Numbered from the stretch's first letter, positions 9,520-19,160 are shown. The stretch is 64,000 bases of DNA from an uncultured Acidobacteriota bacterium (GCA_963836075.1 CAWIIB010000009.1:1504001-1568000), one strand, 5' to 3'. Notes: generated from the sequence alone by a model not told the origin. A program made the numbers and translations.

Positions 9520-9906
9520 ATGAAATTGCTGGAAGGACAGTTCAGGGGGGCGACAGCCATGATGGCATGGTTGATAGTGCCGGCACTCATCTCCTGGCTG
9601 CTTGTTCGTATGCATGTTTTGCTTGCTCTTGGGCCACTCTTTTGCTGGTTTCTGGTCGTATATCCGCATGACGATATCGTGCATCGAGGTCTGCACGGTT
9701 TTACGCCGTTGTTTTCAAGTGGCATGTCCGTCCTCATCGCGGTTCTTCAATGGTCGCTGGTCACGGTAGTGTATTCACTTGTTACTCGACGGTTTCGGCC
9801 AGAGAGACATCTATGGGCTGCGCCGCTTGTCATCGTTTTCGTATCCGCAGTAACCCACTATCTGGTTTTTCTCTACGGTTACGAAATTTCAATGGATTGG
9901 TTGTGA
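9520..9906 (+). CDS. Hypothetical membrane protein
   Basis: GAGGAG RBS; ~4 hydrophobic segments; lower GC. Confidence 0.65.
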   Translation: MKLLEGQFRGATAMMAWLIVPALISWLLVRMHVLLALGPLFCWFLVVYPHDDIVHRGLHGFTPLFSSGMSVLIAVLQWSLVTVVYSLVTRRFRPERHLWAAPLVIVFVSAVTHYLVFLYGYEISMDWL

Positions 9907-9988
9907 TCATGCCCGCAACGGGAAGGAGCACCCACGTCCGGCTGGCACAAATAATGGATTCTGATTCATCGAACCAGGGAGGGGCATC

Positions 9989-10639
9989 ATGAAAACCAGG
10001 AAAAACAACTTCGGATTGCAGACGATCTTCTCCATTTTCCTCGGGCTGATGCTTGCCGCATTCGCCGGCATCGGCGTCTATACCTTCCACCCGCCGCCAG
10101 GCGATTACGAGGCGCAGATTCGAGATCTCACCCGGGAGGAACAGGAGATCAGGGACTCGAGCCCGTCGGGTGAGCTGACAGTAGAGGATCGCGACCAGAT
10201 CGATGAAATCAGGAGTCGGCGCAGGGTTCTGTCGGACCAGGCTCTGGAGGACCGCAAGCCGTGGTTCCTGAGCACGAGCATCATCCTCATCGTCTTCTCC
10301 ACGCTCCTCCTGGTTGTGTCGCTGCTGCGGTCGGATCAGCTGCAGGTGATCAGCAGCGGCCTGCTCCTGGGCGGCGTATTCACCATGCTCTACGGTGTGG
10401 GATGGATCGCCTTCACCGGCACATCGGTGCTCCGGTTCCTGGTCATGACGATCGCACTGGTGATTACCGTGGGGCTCGGGTACGTCAGGTTCGTGCGCAG
10501 AGGTAAGACCCCGCCAGCCCCTGGTGGGCAGGAAATGGTCAAGGGTGATGCGCTGGAAGAGATCGAGGACCGGATTCGGAGTCTTGAAGGGCGACTGACC
10601 GAAGCGGCAACTGCGCTCGGACGAAAGGATGATAATTAG
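9989..10639 (+). CDS. Hypothetical membrane protein (TM, soluble loop, 3 TM, coiled-coil tail)
   Basis: GGAGGGG RBS; GIGVYTFHPPP after TM1; ISSGLLLGGVFTMLYG. Confidence 0.75.
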   Translation: MKTRKNNFGLQTIFSIFLGLMLAAFAGIGVYTFHPPPGDYEAQIRDLTREEQEIRDSSPSGELTVEDRDQIDEIRSRRRVLSDQALEDRKPWFLSTSIILIVFSTLLLVVSLLRSDQLQVISSGLLLGGVFTMLYGVGWIAFTGTSVLRFLVMTIALVITVGLGYVRFVRRGKTPPAPGGQEMVKGDALEEIEDRIRSLEGRLTEAATALGRKDDN

Positions 10640-10667
10640 AGAAGGTCCTGAGGGATCTCGCATTCCA

Positions 10668-10696
10668 TTGACAAAGCAGGGAGGTGGGTTTAAGGT
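10668..10696 (+). promoter_or_regulatory. Sigma70-type promoter
   Basis: TTGACA(10668)-N17-TAAGGT(10691) upstream of the radical SAM gene. Confidence 0.6.
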
Positions 10697-10751
10697 TCTC
10701 GCTTGGCTGGTGGATCGCTCTGTATTTCCGCCGGCAGCGAGGTTTTTCCGT

Positions 10752-12242
10752 ATGAGCAAGCGCACTATCACCGCGGCCATCGTCATCCCGGCCTGGACCC
10801 ACCAGGAATCGCACCCCACCGCCCTGCGCAAGCTGGGTGCCGGGTTCTGGCCCCCGCTGAACCTGATGTATCTGGCCTCCCGGCTGCAGGCCGACGGCCA
10901 CAAGGTGGTGATGCTCGACGGCGGTTTCTACGCCCACGACGACCTGATCCGGACCGTGGCCTCCCACGATCCCGACCTTATCGGCATTTACTCCAACACC
11001 GTGCTCTGGAACGGGTCGCGGCAGACTGCGGAGGATCTGCGGGCCCTGCTGCCCGGTGCGCACATCACCTTTGGCGGGCCGCTGCCCTCGGTGATCAAGG
11101 AGGAGCACCTCGCCAAGTGCCCGGCCGGCGACTCGGTGGTGGTCAACGAGGGCGAGGAGACCCTGGCGGAGATTGCCGGACGGCTGGCCGAAGGAGAAAC
11201 CCTTGAGGGCGTGGCCGGCACGGTGTATCGGAACGGCGACGAGATCCTGCGCAACCCCGAACGGGACTACATCCACGACCTGGACAGCCTGCCCTTCCCG
11301 GCTCGCGACCTGATCGACCACAAGGACTACATCCCGCCCATCGGGCTCTATACCAAGCGGCCGCTGACCACCATGCTCACCAGCCGCGGCTGCCACCACA
11401 AGTGCATCTACTGCTACAAGTGGGGCGGGGACAACATCCGCTACCGTGACCCGGTGCCGGTGGCCGAAGAGATGGAACTGGTGGTGCAGCGGTACGGGAT
11501 CAAGGAGATCCGTTTCTGGGACGACACCTTCACCGCACGCAAGGACCGGGTGCTCCAGCTGGCCGAGGAGGTGGCCCGGCGCAAGATCAAGGTCGACTTC
11601 AGCATCGCCACCCGGGCTGACTGCCTGGACCGCGAGGTGCTCAAGGCCCTGAAGCAGATGGGCTGCTACAACATCATGATCGGGGTGGAGTCGGGGGTGC
11701 CGAAGAACCTCAAGACCCTGAAGAAGGGCGAATCGAGGGAGACGATCCGCGAGGGCGTGGCCATGGTTCACGAAGCGGGGATCCGCACCTTTCTCACCTC
11801 GATGTTCGGGGTGCCGGGCGAAACCTACGAGGACGGCCTGGAGACCATCGAGTTCGTCAAGAGCCTCAAGGGGGACGCGTCGCACTTCTTCACCCTCTCA
11901 CCCTTCCCCGGCACCGAACTCTACGAGAACCTGGATGAGTTCGGCAAGGTGGTTCCCGGCGACTACTCGGTTCTGGGGATGCACACCCTCTGTTTCGCCC
12001 CGCACACCCTGACCTTCGAAGAGATCGAGTCGCTGCGGCGCCGGGCCTTTCTGCAGACCACTCTCATCCCCTCCTTCATGATCAAGCGGGTGCTCAAGCT
12101 CCGGTCCTTTGAGGAGGTGAAGATCCTCGCCCGGGCGGGCAGCACCATCTTCCTCGCCATGGTGCCCCAGATGATGAAGTCACTGGTCCGCGGCCGCAAG
12201 AGCAGCAAGTCGGACGTGCAGTTCGGTGGCAAATTAACCTGA
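10752..12242 (+). CDS. B12-binding-domain radical SAM protein (class B methyltransferase-like)
   Basis: N-terminal PPLNLMYLAS..FGGP cobalamin domain; LDSLPFPARDL; TSRGCHHKCIYC (CxxxCxxC); FWDDTFT; IGVESG. Confidence 0.92.
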   Translation: MSKRTITAAIVIPAWTHQESHPTALRKLGAGFWPPLNLMYLASRLQADGHKVVMLDGGFYAHDDLIRTVASHDPDLIGIYSNTVLWNGSRQTAEDLRALLPGAHITFGGPLPSVIKEEHLAKCPAGDSVVVNEGEETLAEIAGRLAEGETLEGVAGTVYRNGDEILRNPERDYIHDLDSLPFPARDLIDHKDYIPPIGLYTKRPLTTMLTSRGCHHKCIYCYKWGGDNIRYRDPVPVAEEMELVVQRYGIKEIRFWDDTFTARKDRVLQLAEEVARRKIKVDFSIATRADCLDREVLKALKQMGCYNIMIGVESGVPKNLKTLKKGESRETIREGVAMVHEAGIRTFLTSMFGVPGETYEDGLETIEFVKSLKGDASHFFTLSPFPGTELYENLDEFGKVVPGDYSVLGMHTLCFAPHTLTFEEIESLRRRAFLQTTLIPSFMIKRVLKLRSFEEVKILARAGSTIFLAMVPQMMKSLVRGRKSSKSDVQFGGKLT

Positions 12243-12277
12243 CAGTTCAAGATGTTTTCCGAGGCCCGATGGCGGCG

Positions 12278-12433
12278 TTATGGTGCCGCGGCGGTCACCG
12301 TGCAGGTGGCCTGGTCCGTGTCGCCGGACGAGGGGTATGGCGGCTGGTCATCGGGAACGACGATGGTGGCGGAAAAGGCGGCGACCGGGATGAGCAGTGC
12401 GACGATGGAGATAATCAGTACGTTCTGGCGCAT
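12278..12433 (-). pseudogene. 51-aa mini-gene: signal peptide fused to the last ~22 aa of the shared C-terminal domain (internal-deletion remnant)
   Basis: MRQNVLIISIVALLIPVAAFSATIVVPDDQPPYPSSGDTDQATCTVTAAAP with AAGAGG RBS. The tail matches PPYPPAGDTDTDSCTVTGVAP of the gene ending at 63361. Confidence 0.75.
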
Positions 12434-12507
12434 GACTGACCTCTTTGGCAAGTGATTCAGCGGCGGATCAGGGATACCGGCCGCCGCAGGTATTGTCCAT
12501 GAATATG

Positions 12508-12536
12508 AATATAGGGTGACGGGGGGCAATAGTCCA
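12508..12536 (-). promoter_or_regulatory. Putative sigma70 promoter of the mini-gene
   Basis: Minus strand TGGACT-N17-TATATT. Confidence 0.45.
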
Positions 12537-12574
12537 CAACGTGTGGCGCGGAGGATCTGAGCCGGGGCGTTCGA

Positions 12575-13204
12575 CTACTTCTGGCTGGCCTGGCGTTCCT
12601 TCAGCTCTTTCAACTGCGGCTCGGCAAACTCCTTGTAGCAGTCAGGACAGATGGAGTGGCTGAAGATGGCCTCGCTGTGCTCGCTGACATAACTCTCCAC
12701 CTGCTGCCAGTAGTTGCCGTCGTTGCGCACTTTTTTGCAGTAGGAGCAGATGGGGAGCAGTCCCTGCAGGGTCTTGACCCGGGAGAGTGCCACTTCCAGC
12801 TCGCCCACTCTCTGGGCGAGGTTGTCCTGCAGTTCGAGGATCCGCTGGCCCACCTGGACGCGGGCTTTCAGTTCCGGCGGGTTGAACGGCTTGGTGATGT
12901 AGTCGTCCGCACCGGCCTCCAGGGCGGTGACCAGCTTGTCGATGTCGTCCATCGAGGTGAGGATGATCAAATACGGCCTGGCCTGGCCCCGGTTCAGCCG
13001 GCGTATCCGGCGGGCCACTTCCACGCCGTCCATCTCGGGCATCATCCAGTCCATCACTGCCAGGCGAGGGGCATCCTCCTCCTGCATGATCTGCCAGGCC
13101 TCTCTCCCGTTGCGGGCCAGTTCAACTTCGAATCCCCATTTTTCCAGGGTCTTGGTCAGCAACCGCTGAAAGACAGGGTCGTCCTCTGCAAGCATCATCC
13201 TCAT
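12575..13204 (-). CDS. Response regulator with C-terminal Cys-rich (CxxC...H...CPxC) domain
   Basis: REC: AEDD, MDWMMPEMDG, TKPF; tail LLPICSYCKKVRND..YW...FSHSICPDC. Confidence 0.9.
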   Translation of the reverse strand: MRMMLAEDDPVFQRLLTKTLEKWGFEVELARNGREAWQIMQEEDAPRLAVMDWMMPEMDGVEVARRIRRLNRGQARPYLIILTSMDDIDKLVTALEAGADDYITKPFNPPELKARVQVGQRILELQDNLAQRVGELEVALSRVKTLQGLLPICSYCKKVRNDGNYWQQVESYVSEHSEAIFSHSICPDCYKEFAEPQLKELKERQASQK

Positions 13205-13277
13205 TGATCCGCCTCCCTGTTGCGTACTGATTTTCTATTCGTCATTCCGGGGGCGGAATATTAGGATTCTTTGCCGG

Positions 13278-13691
13278 TCAGAACTCAAAAGAGTCGATTT
13301 TGCTCAGCCCGATGGCGTCAGAGGTGAAGTCGATGGTGCCGTGAGCGATGCGCAGCAGGACGAACCAGGGGTGGTCCGGCGTTTTGAGCAGGCGCTGGAG
13401 GAATTCGTGCCGGCCAAAGAGTTCTTTCTTCAGTTCTGTCTCGTCGACGATGCTGATCTCGCCATCCACCCGCATCATTTGCATGTCGTGCCAGAAACAG
13501 GCCTCCACCAGAGGGTTCTCCTTGATCTGGCTGAACACCTTCTTTGGCGTGCCGGTGGCGAAGAAGAATCCCTCCGGCCCGGCCTGGAGCAGCTTGAACA
13601 TGCGTACCCGGGCCTGGGTCCGGTCCACCGTGGCCAGGGCGCAGATCGGGTTTGCCATGGCGAAATCAAACAGTTCTTCAAGGGTCATCAC
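13278..13691 (-). CDS. Pyridoxamine 5'-phosphate oxidase-like (FMN split-barrel) protein
   Basis: LATVD..QARVR.F, FFFAT..PKKVFSQIKENPLVE. Confidence 0.85.
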   Translation of the reverse strand: MMTLEELFDFAMANPICALATVDRTQARVRMFKLLQAGPEGFFFATGTPKKVFSQIKENPLVEACFWHDMQMMRVDGEISIVDETELKKELFGRHEFLQRLLKTPDHPWFVLLRIAHGTIDFTSDAIGLSKIDSFEF

Positions 13692-13760
13692 ATTCTCCCC
13701 TCATGAGGTCGTTCTTAAATTGCTCAGGCTATGACCCCGATAATTTTACGGTTTTCAGGG

Positions 13761-15773
13761 CTATTTCTCTTCACCGCCGTCCCGTTCCCGGGCACGTGCC
13801 ACCGGGCCCACGATCTTCCAGACCTGAACCTCACGGTTTCGCCGCTGGAGGATGGAATAGTATCCGAACTGATTGATCTTGCGATAGGCCCGTTCTCGCC
13901 AGATCCGCCACTGCGGGTTGCTCTCGTCCGCGACTGTCACGTTGGTGAACGTGTCGAGGGTCAGCAGGTTGTTGGGGATCAACCAGATCTTGTTGTTCCC
14001 GTGGTGCGATTTTTCATGCTTTGGTGACGGCTGGTCGCCGCCGAATTCCAAATGCCAGCAGTTCCACTCGAAGCCGCCCTCGATGCGGTCCGCCGGGACC
14101 CCCTTGTCCAGCAGCCAGTTGCCGGCGGCCCAGCGGGCTTCGTTGAACGAGATCTGGTCCCGGGTCCATACCACCCCCAGGGCGAAGCTGGCCACCAGGC
14201 CGAGGGTGAGCAGCGTGCGGTTGAGTCGGGCGCTCCGGAACGCGTCAAATGGCAGGATCACCGCGCCGGGGACCAGCAGCAGGGCATAGCGGATGAAGAA
14301 CTTGCCCGTGGCCAGGTAGTAGACCAGCAGCCCGAGGGTGAAGAGGTAGACCGGGACGGCGATGCGGAAACCAACGGGGCTCTGGTGGAGCGCCGGCCCG
14401 CTGCCCGGTGGGGTGTCGGGGGTGGCTGGGGTGGCGGGGGCATCGGGGCGGCGTAACAGGGCGCAGAGGCGGATCAGGCCGAGGGCCGCGGCCAGCGACA
14501 GGCTCACCTTCCATCCCACCTCGGCGAACATCGCCTGCACCCGCCCCAGTGGAACCACCAGCGGCAGCAGCCCCTGCAGCAGGGCGGCTGCGGCGAGCAG
14601 GAGGGCCGCCCCGCTGGTGAGCCTGGCCAGGCGGTGATCAGCGGCGATCCGGGAGGTGTACCGGGCCAGGAGCAGGCCCGCGGCCAGCAGCAGCAGCGAG
14701 GCGCCGAGGAGTGCGGCGGCGGTGAGCAGGAGGCGCGCGCCGGTGCCCAAGAGAACCTCGCGGTCCCCGGGCAGGGGGGCGGCGTTGTATGGTCCGTAGA
14801 TCGAGATGAAGCCCGGGCGGTAGGGCATCAGCCGGTCCTCTCCGCCTTCAGGCACGTTGTATTGCCAGACGGCCAGGGCGGTGAGCAGGATCAGCAGCAC
14901 CAGCCAGACAGCCAGAATACCCCTCTCACGGAGGAAGCCGCCCCGTTTCAGTCCCGAGGGGAGCATTGCCGCCAGCAGGGGGAGGAAGAACATCCCCATG
15001 TAGCAGATGATCTTGAAGAGAAGCAGCGGGGTCTCGGGGCTGAAAAAATCGGGGGCCACCTTGAGGTAGCGGTGGGGCATGGTGATCATCAGGCGCTGGA
15101 ACACCAGGTAGACGCAGAAGAACGGCAATGACATGAGCAGCCAGAGGTGCGCTCCGCGAGGGCGGCCGGTGGCCACCCAGTGGATGACGAAGGCGAAGAC
15201 CAGCAGCAGCGTGAAGTCACGGGTCAGCGCGGCGGCCAGCAGCGCGGCCGCGGCGAGGAGAAAGTGGGCCGGGCGGCCTGATGCCTCGGCCCGGGTGGCC
15301 AGCCAGAGGGCGACGAAGGTCATGGCCAGGGCCGGGATATCGTTCATGAAGCTGAAGGTGAAGTGGAAGTAGAAGAGGGTCGAGGCTGTGGCCAGGGCGG
15401 CGAGGAGGGACTCCAGGGGGCCGCGGCCGGCGCTTCGCAGCCAGCCGTAGAGCGCGAGAATGCCGCAGACGCTGAACAGCAGGGTGACCATGTGCAGCAC
15501 CGAGTAGGAGAAGCCGAACAGCGCGCAGAAAAGGGCGCCCACCAGGACCTGGAAGAGGAGCGAGGTGGCGGTCCAGGTGAAGTGGAAGCGGCCCTCTTCC
15601 AGCAGTGTCTTCACCGCCTTGCCGTAGCCCCAGTCGTCGTAGATCGGCGTGTCGAAGAGCGGGTTGACCAGCAGGGCGGCGAGGAGGAAAAAGGCGAGGA
15701 TCGCCGCAATGGCGGCGTGGTCCGCCGCCCGGGATTCCCCGCGGGCGTTGGTCTGATGTCCGGTCAACGCCAT
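13761..15773 (-). CDS. Polytopic membrane glycosyltransferase (GT-C, ArnT/PMT-like)
   Basis: PIYDDWGY first loop, SFMNDIPAL, many TM helices. Confidence 0.75.
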   Translation of the reverse strand: MALTGHQTNARGESRAADHAAIAAILAFFLLAALLVNPLFDTPIYDDWGYGKAVKTLLEEGRFHFTWTATSLLFQVLVGALFCALFGFSYSVLHMVTLLFSVCGILALYGWLRSAGRGPLESLLAALATASTLFYFHFTFSFMNDIPALAMTFVALWLATRAEASGRPAHFLLAAAALLAAALTRDFTLLLVFAFVIHWVATGRPRGAHLWLLMSLPFFCVYLVFQRLMITMPHRYLKVAPDFFSPETPLLLFKIICYMGMFFLPLLAAMLPSGLKRGGFLRERGILAVWLVLLILLTALAVWQYNVPEGGEDRLMPYRPGFISIYGPYNAAPLPGDREVLLGTGARLLLTAAALLGASLLLLAAGLLLARYTSRIAADHRLARLTSGAALLLAAAALLQGLLPLVVPLGRVQAMFAEVGWKVSLSLAAALGLIRLCALLRRPDAPATPATPDTPPGSGPALHQSPVGFRIAVPVYLFTLGLLVYYLATGKFFIRYALLLVPGAVILPFDAFRSARLNRTLLTLGLVASFALGVVWTRDQISFNEARWAAGNWLLDKGVPADRIEGGFEWNCWHLEFGGDQPSPKHEKSHHGNNKIWLIPNNLLTLDTFTNVTVADESNPQWRIWRERAYRKINQFGYYSILQRRNREVQVWKIVGPVARARERDGGEEK

Positions 15774-15777
15774 GGGG

Positions 15778-17358
15778 TCAGTCCGCGATCTCCTCGGGCT
15801 GGTGGTCCGGTTTGAGCAGGTCGAGCACGGTCTTCACCGGGCTGAAGGTGGTTATCGGGATCTCGATGAACACCGTGTTCCAGTGTGCCATGGCCCCGTT
15901 CCAGAGGCCGGGCAGTTCCAGCGCCAGGAGTTCCCGACCCTGGTATGACTTGTTCGAGATGAAGACCGCTTCGTGATCCACGAAACGGCTGAGGTCGAAC
16001 TGGTTTCCGCAGTGGTCACGGATCCCGCAGATCAGGTCCACCGGATTGAAGTAGCCCGAGGCGGCGAGGACCTCGGCCTGGACGGCGTCACTCATGTCCA
16101 CCTGGGCCGACTCCACGATCTGCAGGCTGGCGGTGCCGTCCGTTTGCCTGACCCAGAAGGGGCCTCCCCCCGGATCGCCAATGTTCTTAACCATACCGCA
16201 GATACGGAGCGGGCGGTTGAGACGGTCCTGGAGAATCCGGGCCTGCCTGTCCGGTGTCTGGTCCTCAAAACCGGCGGCCAGCCCCTGGTTCAGCTCGCTG
16301 TCGATAAATGCCGCGGCCCCCCGCAGCAGATCCGGTTCCCGGTCGCCGTCGGCCAGGCGGTCCAGCAGCTGGAAGATGCGGGACTGGAGAAAGACGAGGT
16401 AGCCGGTCAGGGCGGCCTTGTATTGGTGGGTGGGGCCTTTCACCCGGTCGTGGAGCACATTGTCGATGTTCTTGATCAGCACCACGTCCCCGCCGCACTC
16501 GTTGAGGTTTTCGATCAGTGCTCCATGGCCGCCGGGACGGAAGAAGAGCCGTCCCTCGTCGTCACGGAACGGATTGCCGTCCGGGTCGGAGGCGATGGTG
16601 TCGGTGCTCGGTTTCTGGGCGCTGAAGGTCGCCTCGATGCGCAGGCAGCGGGCCTGGTGAAGGCGCCCGGCGGCTTCGGCGCACAGGGCAGCGATCGCCG
16701 GTTGGTGGTCTTGCGAAATGGTGAAGTGGAGACGGCAGACGCCATTCCGGTCGGCCACGTGCTCCGCCGCTTCCACCAGTTGCTCCTCCAGGGCCGTGCG
16801 GGGGCCTTCGGGGTAGGTGTGGAAGGCCAGCAGTGCTTTGGGCAAACTGGCGTATCCGAGACCGCGGCTGGTGAGCAGGTGCTCGAGAACCGGGCGAAAG
16901 TCCCCCTGACCCAGCAGCGTCTGGAGCTGCAGCTTTTCCCCGGCCAGCGATCGGGCCAGGAGCGGAGTGAAGGCTAAGCGGGGCAGGTTTCGCAGCAGCA
17001 TCTCCACGTCCACCGCGGCGCTGTCCCCCTCCCTGGCTCTCATTTCCAGGTCGTCCAGAGTACGGATGGAACTGTTCTCGAGGACGGCCATCGGGCTCTT
17101 GAACATCCGGCTTGCCGCCCCCGACGCTGGCACGAACTTGGTCAGACGGCCCTCGCCCGCTGCCTGGCAGGCCAGTTCGGCCAGCCCCGGCAGCATTTTT
17201 TCGGGCAAGCGGAGCAGTCCGTCGCCGATGCGCACCGGCCGGTCCAGCCGGGCGTATGAGACGCCGGCCCGCAGCATTTTCAGCTGTTCCTCCAGCTGTT
17301 CCACACCGATCCCGCGTGAATCCAGTTGCTCGCGATCTTGTTCACTGAGTTTGATCAT
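15778..17358 (-). CDS. DUF4301 family protein
   Basis: KFVPASGAASRMFK, FRPGGHGALIENLN, IKNIDNV, GDPGGGPFW, QIVESAQ, LELPGLWNGAMA.W, FSPVKTV.DLL. Confidence 0.88.
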   Translation of the reverse strand: MIKLSEQDREQLDSRGIGVEQLEEQLKMLRAGVSYARLDRPVRIGDGLLRLPEKMLPGLAELACQAAGEGRLTKFVPASGAASRMFKSPMAVLENSSIRTLDDLEMRAREGDSAAVDVEMLLRNLPRLAFTPLLARSLAGEKLQLQTLLGQGDFRPVLEHLLTSRGLGYASLPKALLAFHTYPEGPRTALEEQLVEAAEHVADRNGVCRLHFTISQDHQPAIAALCAEAAGRLHQARCLRIEATFSAQKPSTDTIASDPDGNPFRDDEGRLFFRPGGHGALIENLNECGGDVVLIKNIDNVLHDRVKGPTHQYKAALTGYLVFLQSRIFQLLDRLADGDREPDLLRGAAAFIDSELNQGLAAGFEDQTPDRQARILQDRLNRPLRICGMVKNIGDPGGGPFWVRQTDGTASLQIVESAQVDMSDAVQAEVLAASGYFNPVDLICGIRDHCGNQFDLSRFVDHEAVFISNKSYQGRELLALELPGLWNGAMAHWNTVFIEIPITTFSPVKTVLDLLKPDHQPEEIAD

Positions 17359-17450
17359 GGATCGAATTATCGGCTCTGATCCCCCGGGGAGTCAACCGAT
17401 ATCCGGGTGTAGTAGAGTGTGGGGGGCAGATTAGCGCCGGTGAATTACAT

Positions 17451-18488
17451 ATGATGGGATCAATGTCCATGACATTGCAAGATCAGTCGAAAATCAGTGT
17501 GCTGATGCCGGTGCACCAGGCGGAGGGGACTCTGGGCGAGGCGCTGGGGAGCGTGCTGGGGGGGACGTTCAGAGAACTGGAGCTGATCGCCGTGGATGAC
17601 GGCTCCACCGACGGCTCGCCGGCGATCCTGGCCGAGGCGGCGCGGCGGGATCCGCGTCTGCGGGTCATCACCACCCCGCACCGCGGTATCACCGCCGCGC
17701 TGATCACCGCGCTGGAAGCGGCCGGGGCACCGCTGGTGGCCCGGATGGACGCCGACGACATCAGCCACCCCGAGCGCCTCGCCCGCCAGGCGGCCGCGCT
17801 GGATGAGCACCCCCGATGGGCCGGCGCGGGCTGCTGCTTCAGCTGGCTCGCCGCCAGCGGACCCACCCCGGGGATGGAACGCTACGCCGTATGGCAGAAC
17901 AGCCTGCTCTCCCCCGGCGACATCCGCCGGGGGATGTTCATCGAGAACCCGGTAACCCACGCCACTCTGTTATTGCGCCGCGGTGCGCTGGAACAGGCCG
18001 GCGGGTATTCCGCCCGGCCCTGGAGCGAGGATTACGACCTGGTGCTGCGGCTGCTGCTCGGCGGCCGGGAACTGGGCAAGGTTCCCCAAGCGCTCTACCA
18101 CTGGCGCGAGAGCAGCGGCCGCCTGACCCGCACCGGCGAGCACTGCTCCGCGGAAAGCTTCCACCGCACCCGGGCCCACTACCTGTTGCTCCACGTCCTT
18201 GCCGGGCAGACGCGCGTCGCCCTCTGGGGAGTGGGGGAGCTGGGGGCGGTCTGGAAGCGCTCGCTGGAGGCGGCCGGCCTGGAGGTGGACTGCCACGCCG
18301 TCAATCCCAGGGCGATGAAGGTCTCGCGGGGCGGCCGTCTGCTCATCCCGCCCGAGCGCCTGCCCGCCACGGGCCCGGGCTCGCTGACCCTCATCGCCTG
18401 CGGCACCCAGGGTAACCGCGATCTGCTCCGCGCGGCCTCCGCGGCGGCCGGCCTGGTGGAAGGGGAGACGTTCTGGTGCGTGGGCTGA
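17451..18488 (+). CDS. Family 2 glycosyltransferase
   Basis: ISVLMPV, VDDGSTD, ARMDADD, EDYDL. Exact start uncertain (17451-17469). Confidence 0.9.
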   Translation: MMGSMSMTLQDQSKISVLMPVHQAEGTLGEALGSVLGGTFRELELIAVDDGSTDGSPAILAEAARRDPRLRVITTPHRGITAALITALEAAGAPLVARMDADDISHPERLARQAAALDEHPRWAGAGCCFSWLAASGPTPGMERYAVWQNSLLSPGDIRRGMFIENPVTHATLLLRRGALEQAGGYSARPWSEDYDLVLRLLLGGRELGKVPQALYHWRESSGRLTRTGEHCSAESFHRTRAHYLLLHVLAGQTRVALWGVGELGAVWKRSLEAAGLEVDCHAVNPRAMKVSRGGRLLIPPERLPATGPGSLTLIACGTQGNRDLLRAASAAAGLVEGETFWCVG

Positions 18489-18536
18489 CTGCGGGATAAC
18501 CGCGGGTTGGGAGGGACTCGGGACCGCTGCCCGGTG

Positions 18537-19160
18537 TCACCGCCGCTCGCTGAACCGTTCCAGCTCCGTCGCCGTCTGCTGGTCCGAACCGTAGTCTCTG
18601 ATGGTCCTGCCGATGGCGCGGAGGTCGTTGGCCTGACGGTCCATCGGCTGCCGTCCCACCAGCGTCTCCAGGCACTCCAGGGCGGGAGCCGCCTGGTTCT
18701 GGCGCAACAGCTGCAGCGCCCGGTTGAAGAGCGCCTTCTCCAGCATCAGGCCCAGCGCCGGATCGTCGGCGGGCAGGTCCTCCAGCAGCCCGGCGCACTG
18801 GATCACTCCGGCCCAGTCCCGGTCAGCAAACAGCTCCGCCATCCGTTCGGCCAGCACCTCCCCCGCCCGCACCCGCTCCGGGGTCACCGTGCCGGCCCGC
18901 TGTCCAGCGGCTTCCCCCACCGTGATCCGGCCCCGCAGCTGGTCCTCGCCCACCCGGCGCAGGTGGTGGATTCGGGCGCGTTCGGCCCGCTCCCCGGCCC
19001 GGCGCTGTTCCCACCATCCGCTGAGCCAGACGATGAACACAAGGCCCAGCACCACCAGTACGGCCAGGCAGCCCAGCACCTGTGTCCTGCCCCGTGGTTC
19101 CGGGGTGGTGCCGGGCGGGGAATGGAGCGACGGGCGCGGTGGTACGGGCATGCCGATCAT
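18537..19160 (-). CDS. Membrane-anchored hypothetical protein with TPR-like C-terminus
   Basis: One TM helix and a helical A/L-rich repeat-like tail; ATGA overlap with the kinase stop codon. Confidence 0.6.
   Translation of the reverse strand: MIGMPVPPRPSLHSPPGTTPEPRGRTQVLGCLAVLVVLGLVFIVWLSGWWEQRRAGERAERARIHHLRRVGEDQLRGRITVGEAAGQRAGTVTPERVRAGEVLAERMAELFADRDWAGVIQCAGLLEDLPADDPALGLMLEKALFNRALQLLRQNQAAPALECLETLVGRQPMDRQANDLRAIGRTIRDYGSDQQTATELERFSERR

Noticed and set aside
12498-12513. CATGAATATGAATATA resembling the core of the palindrome at 34974
   Set aside because: It is a short low-complexity AT match without the GGGGAC ends, better explained as part of a promoter.
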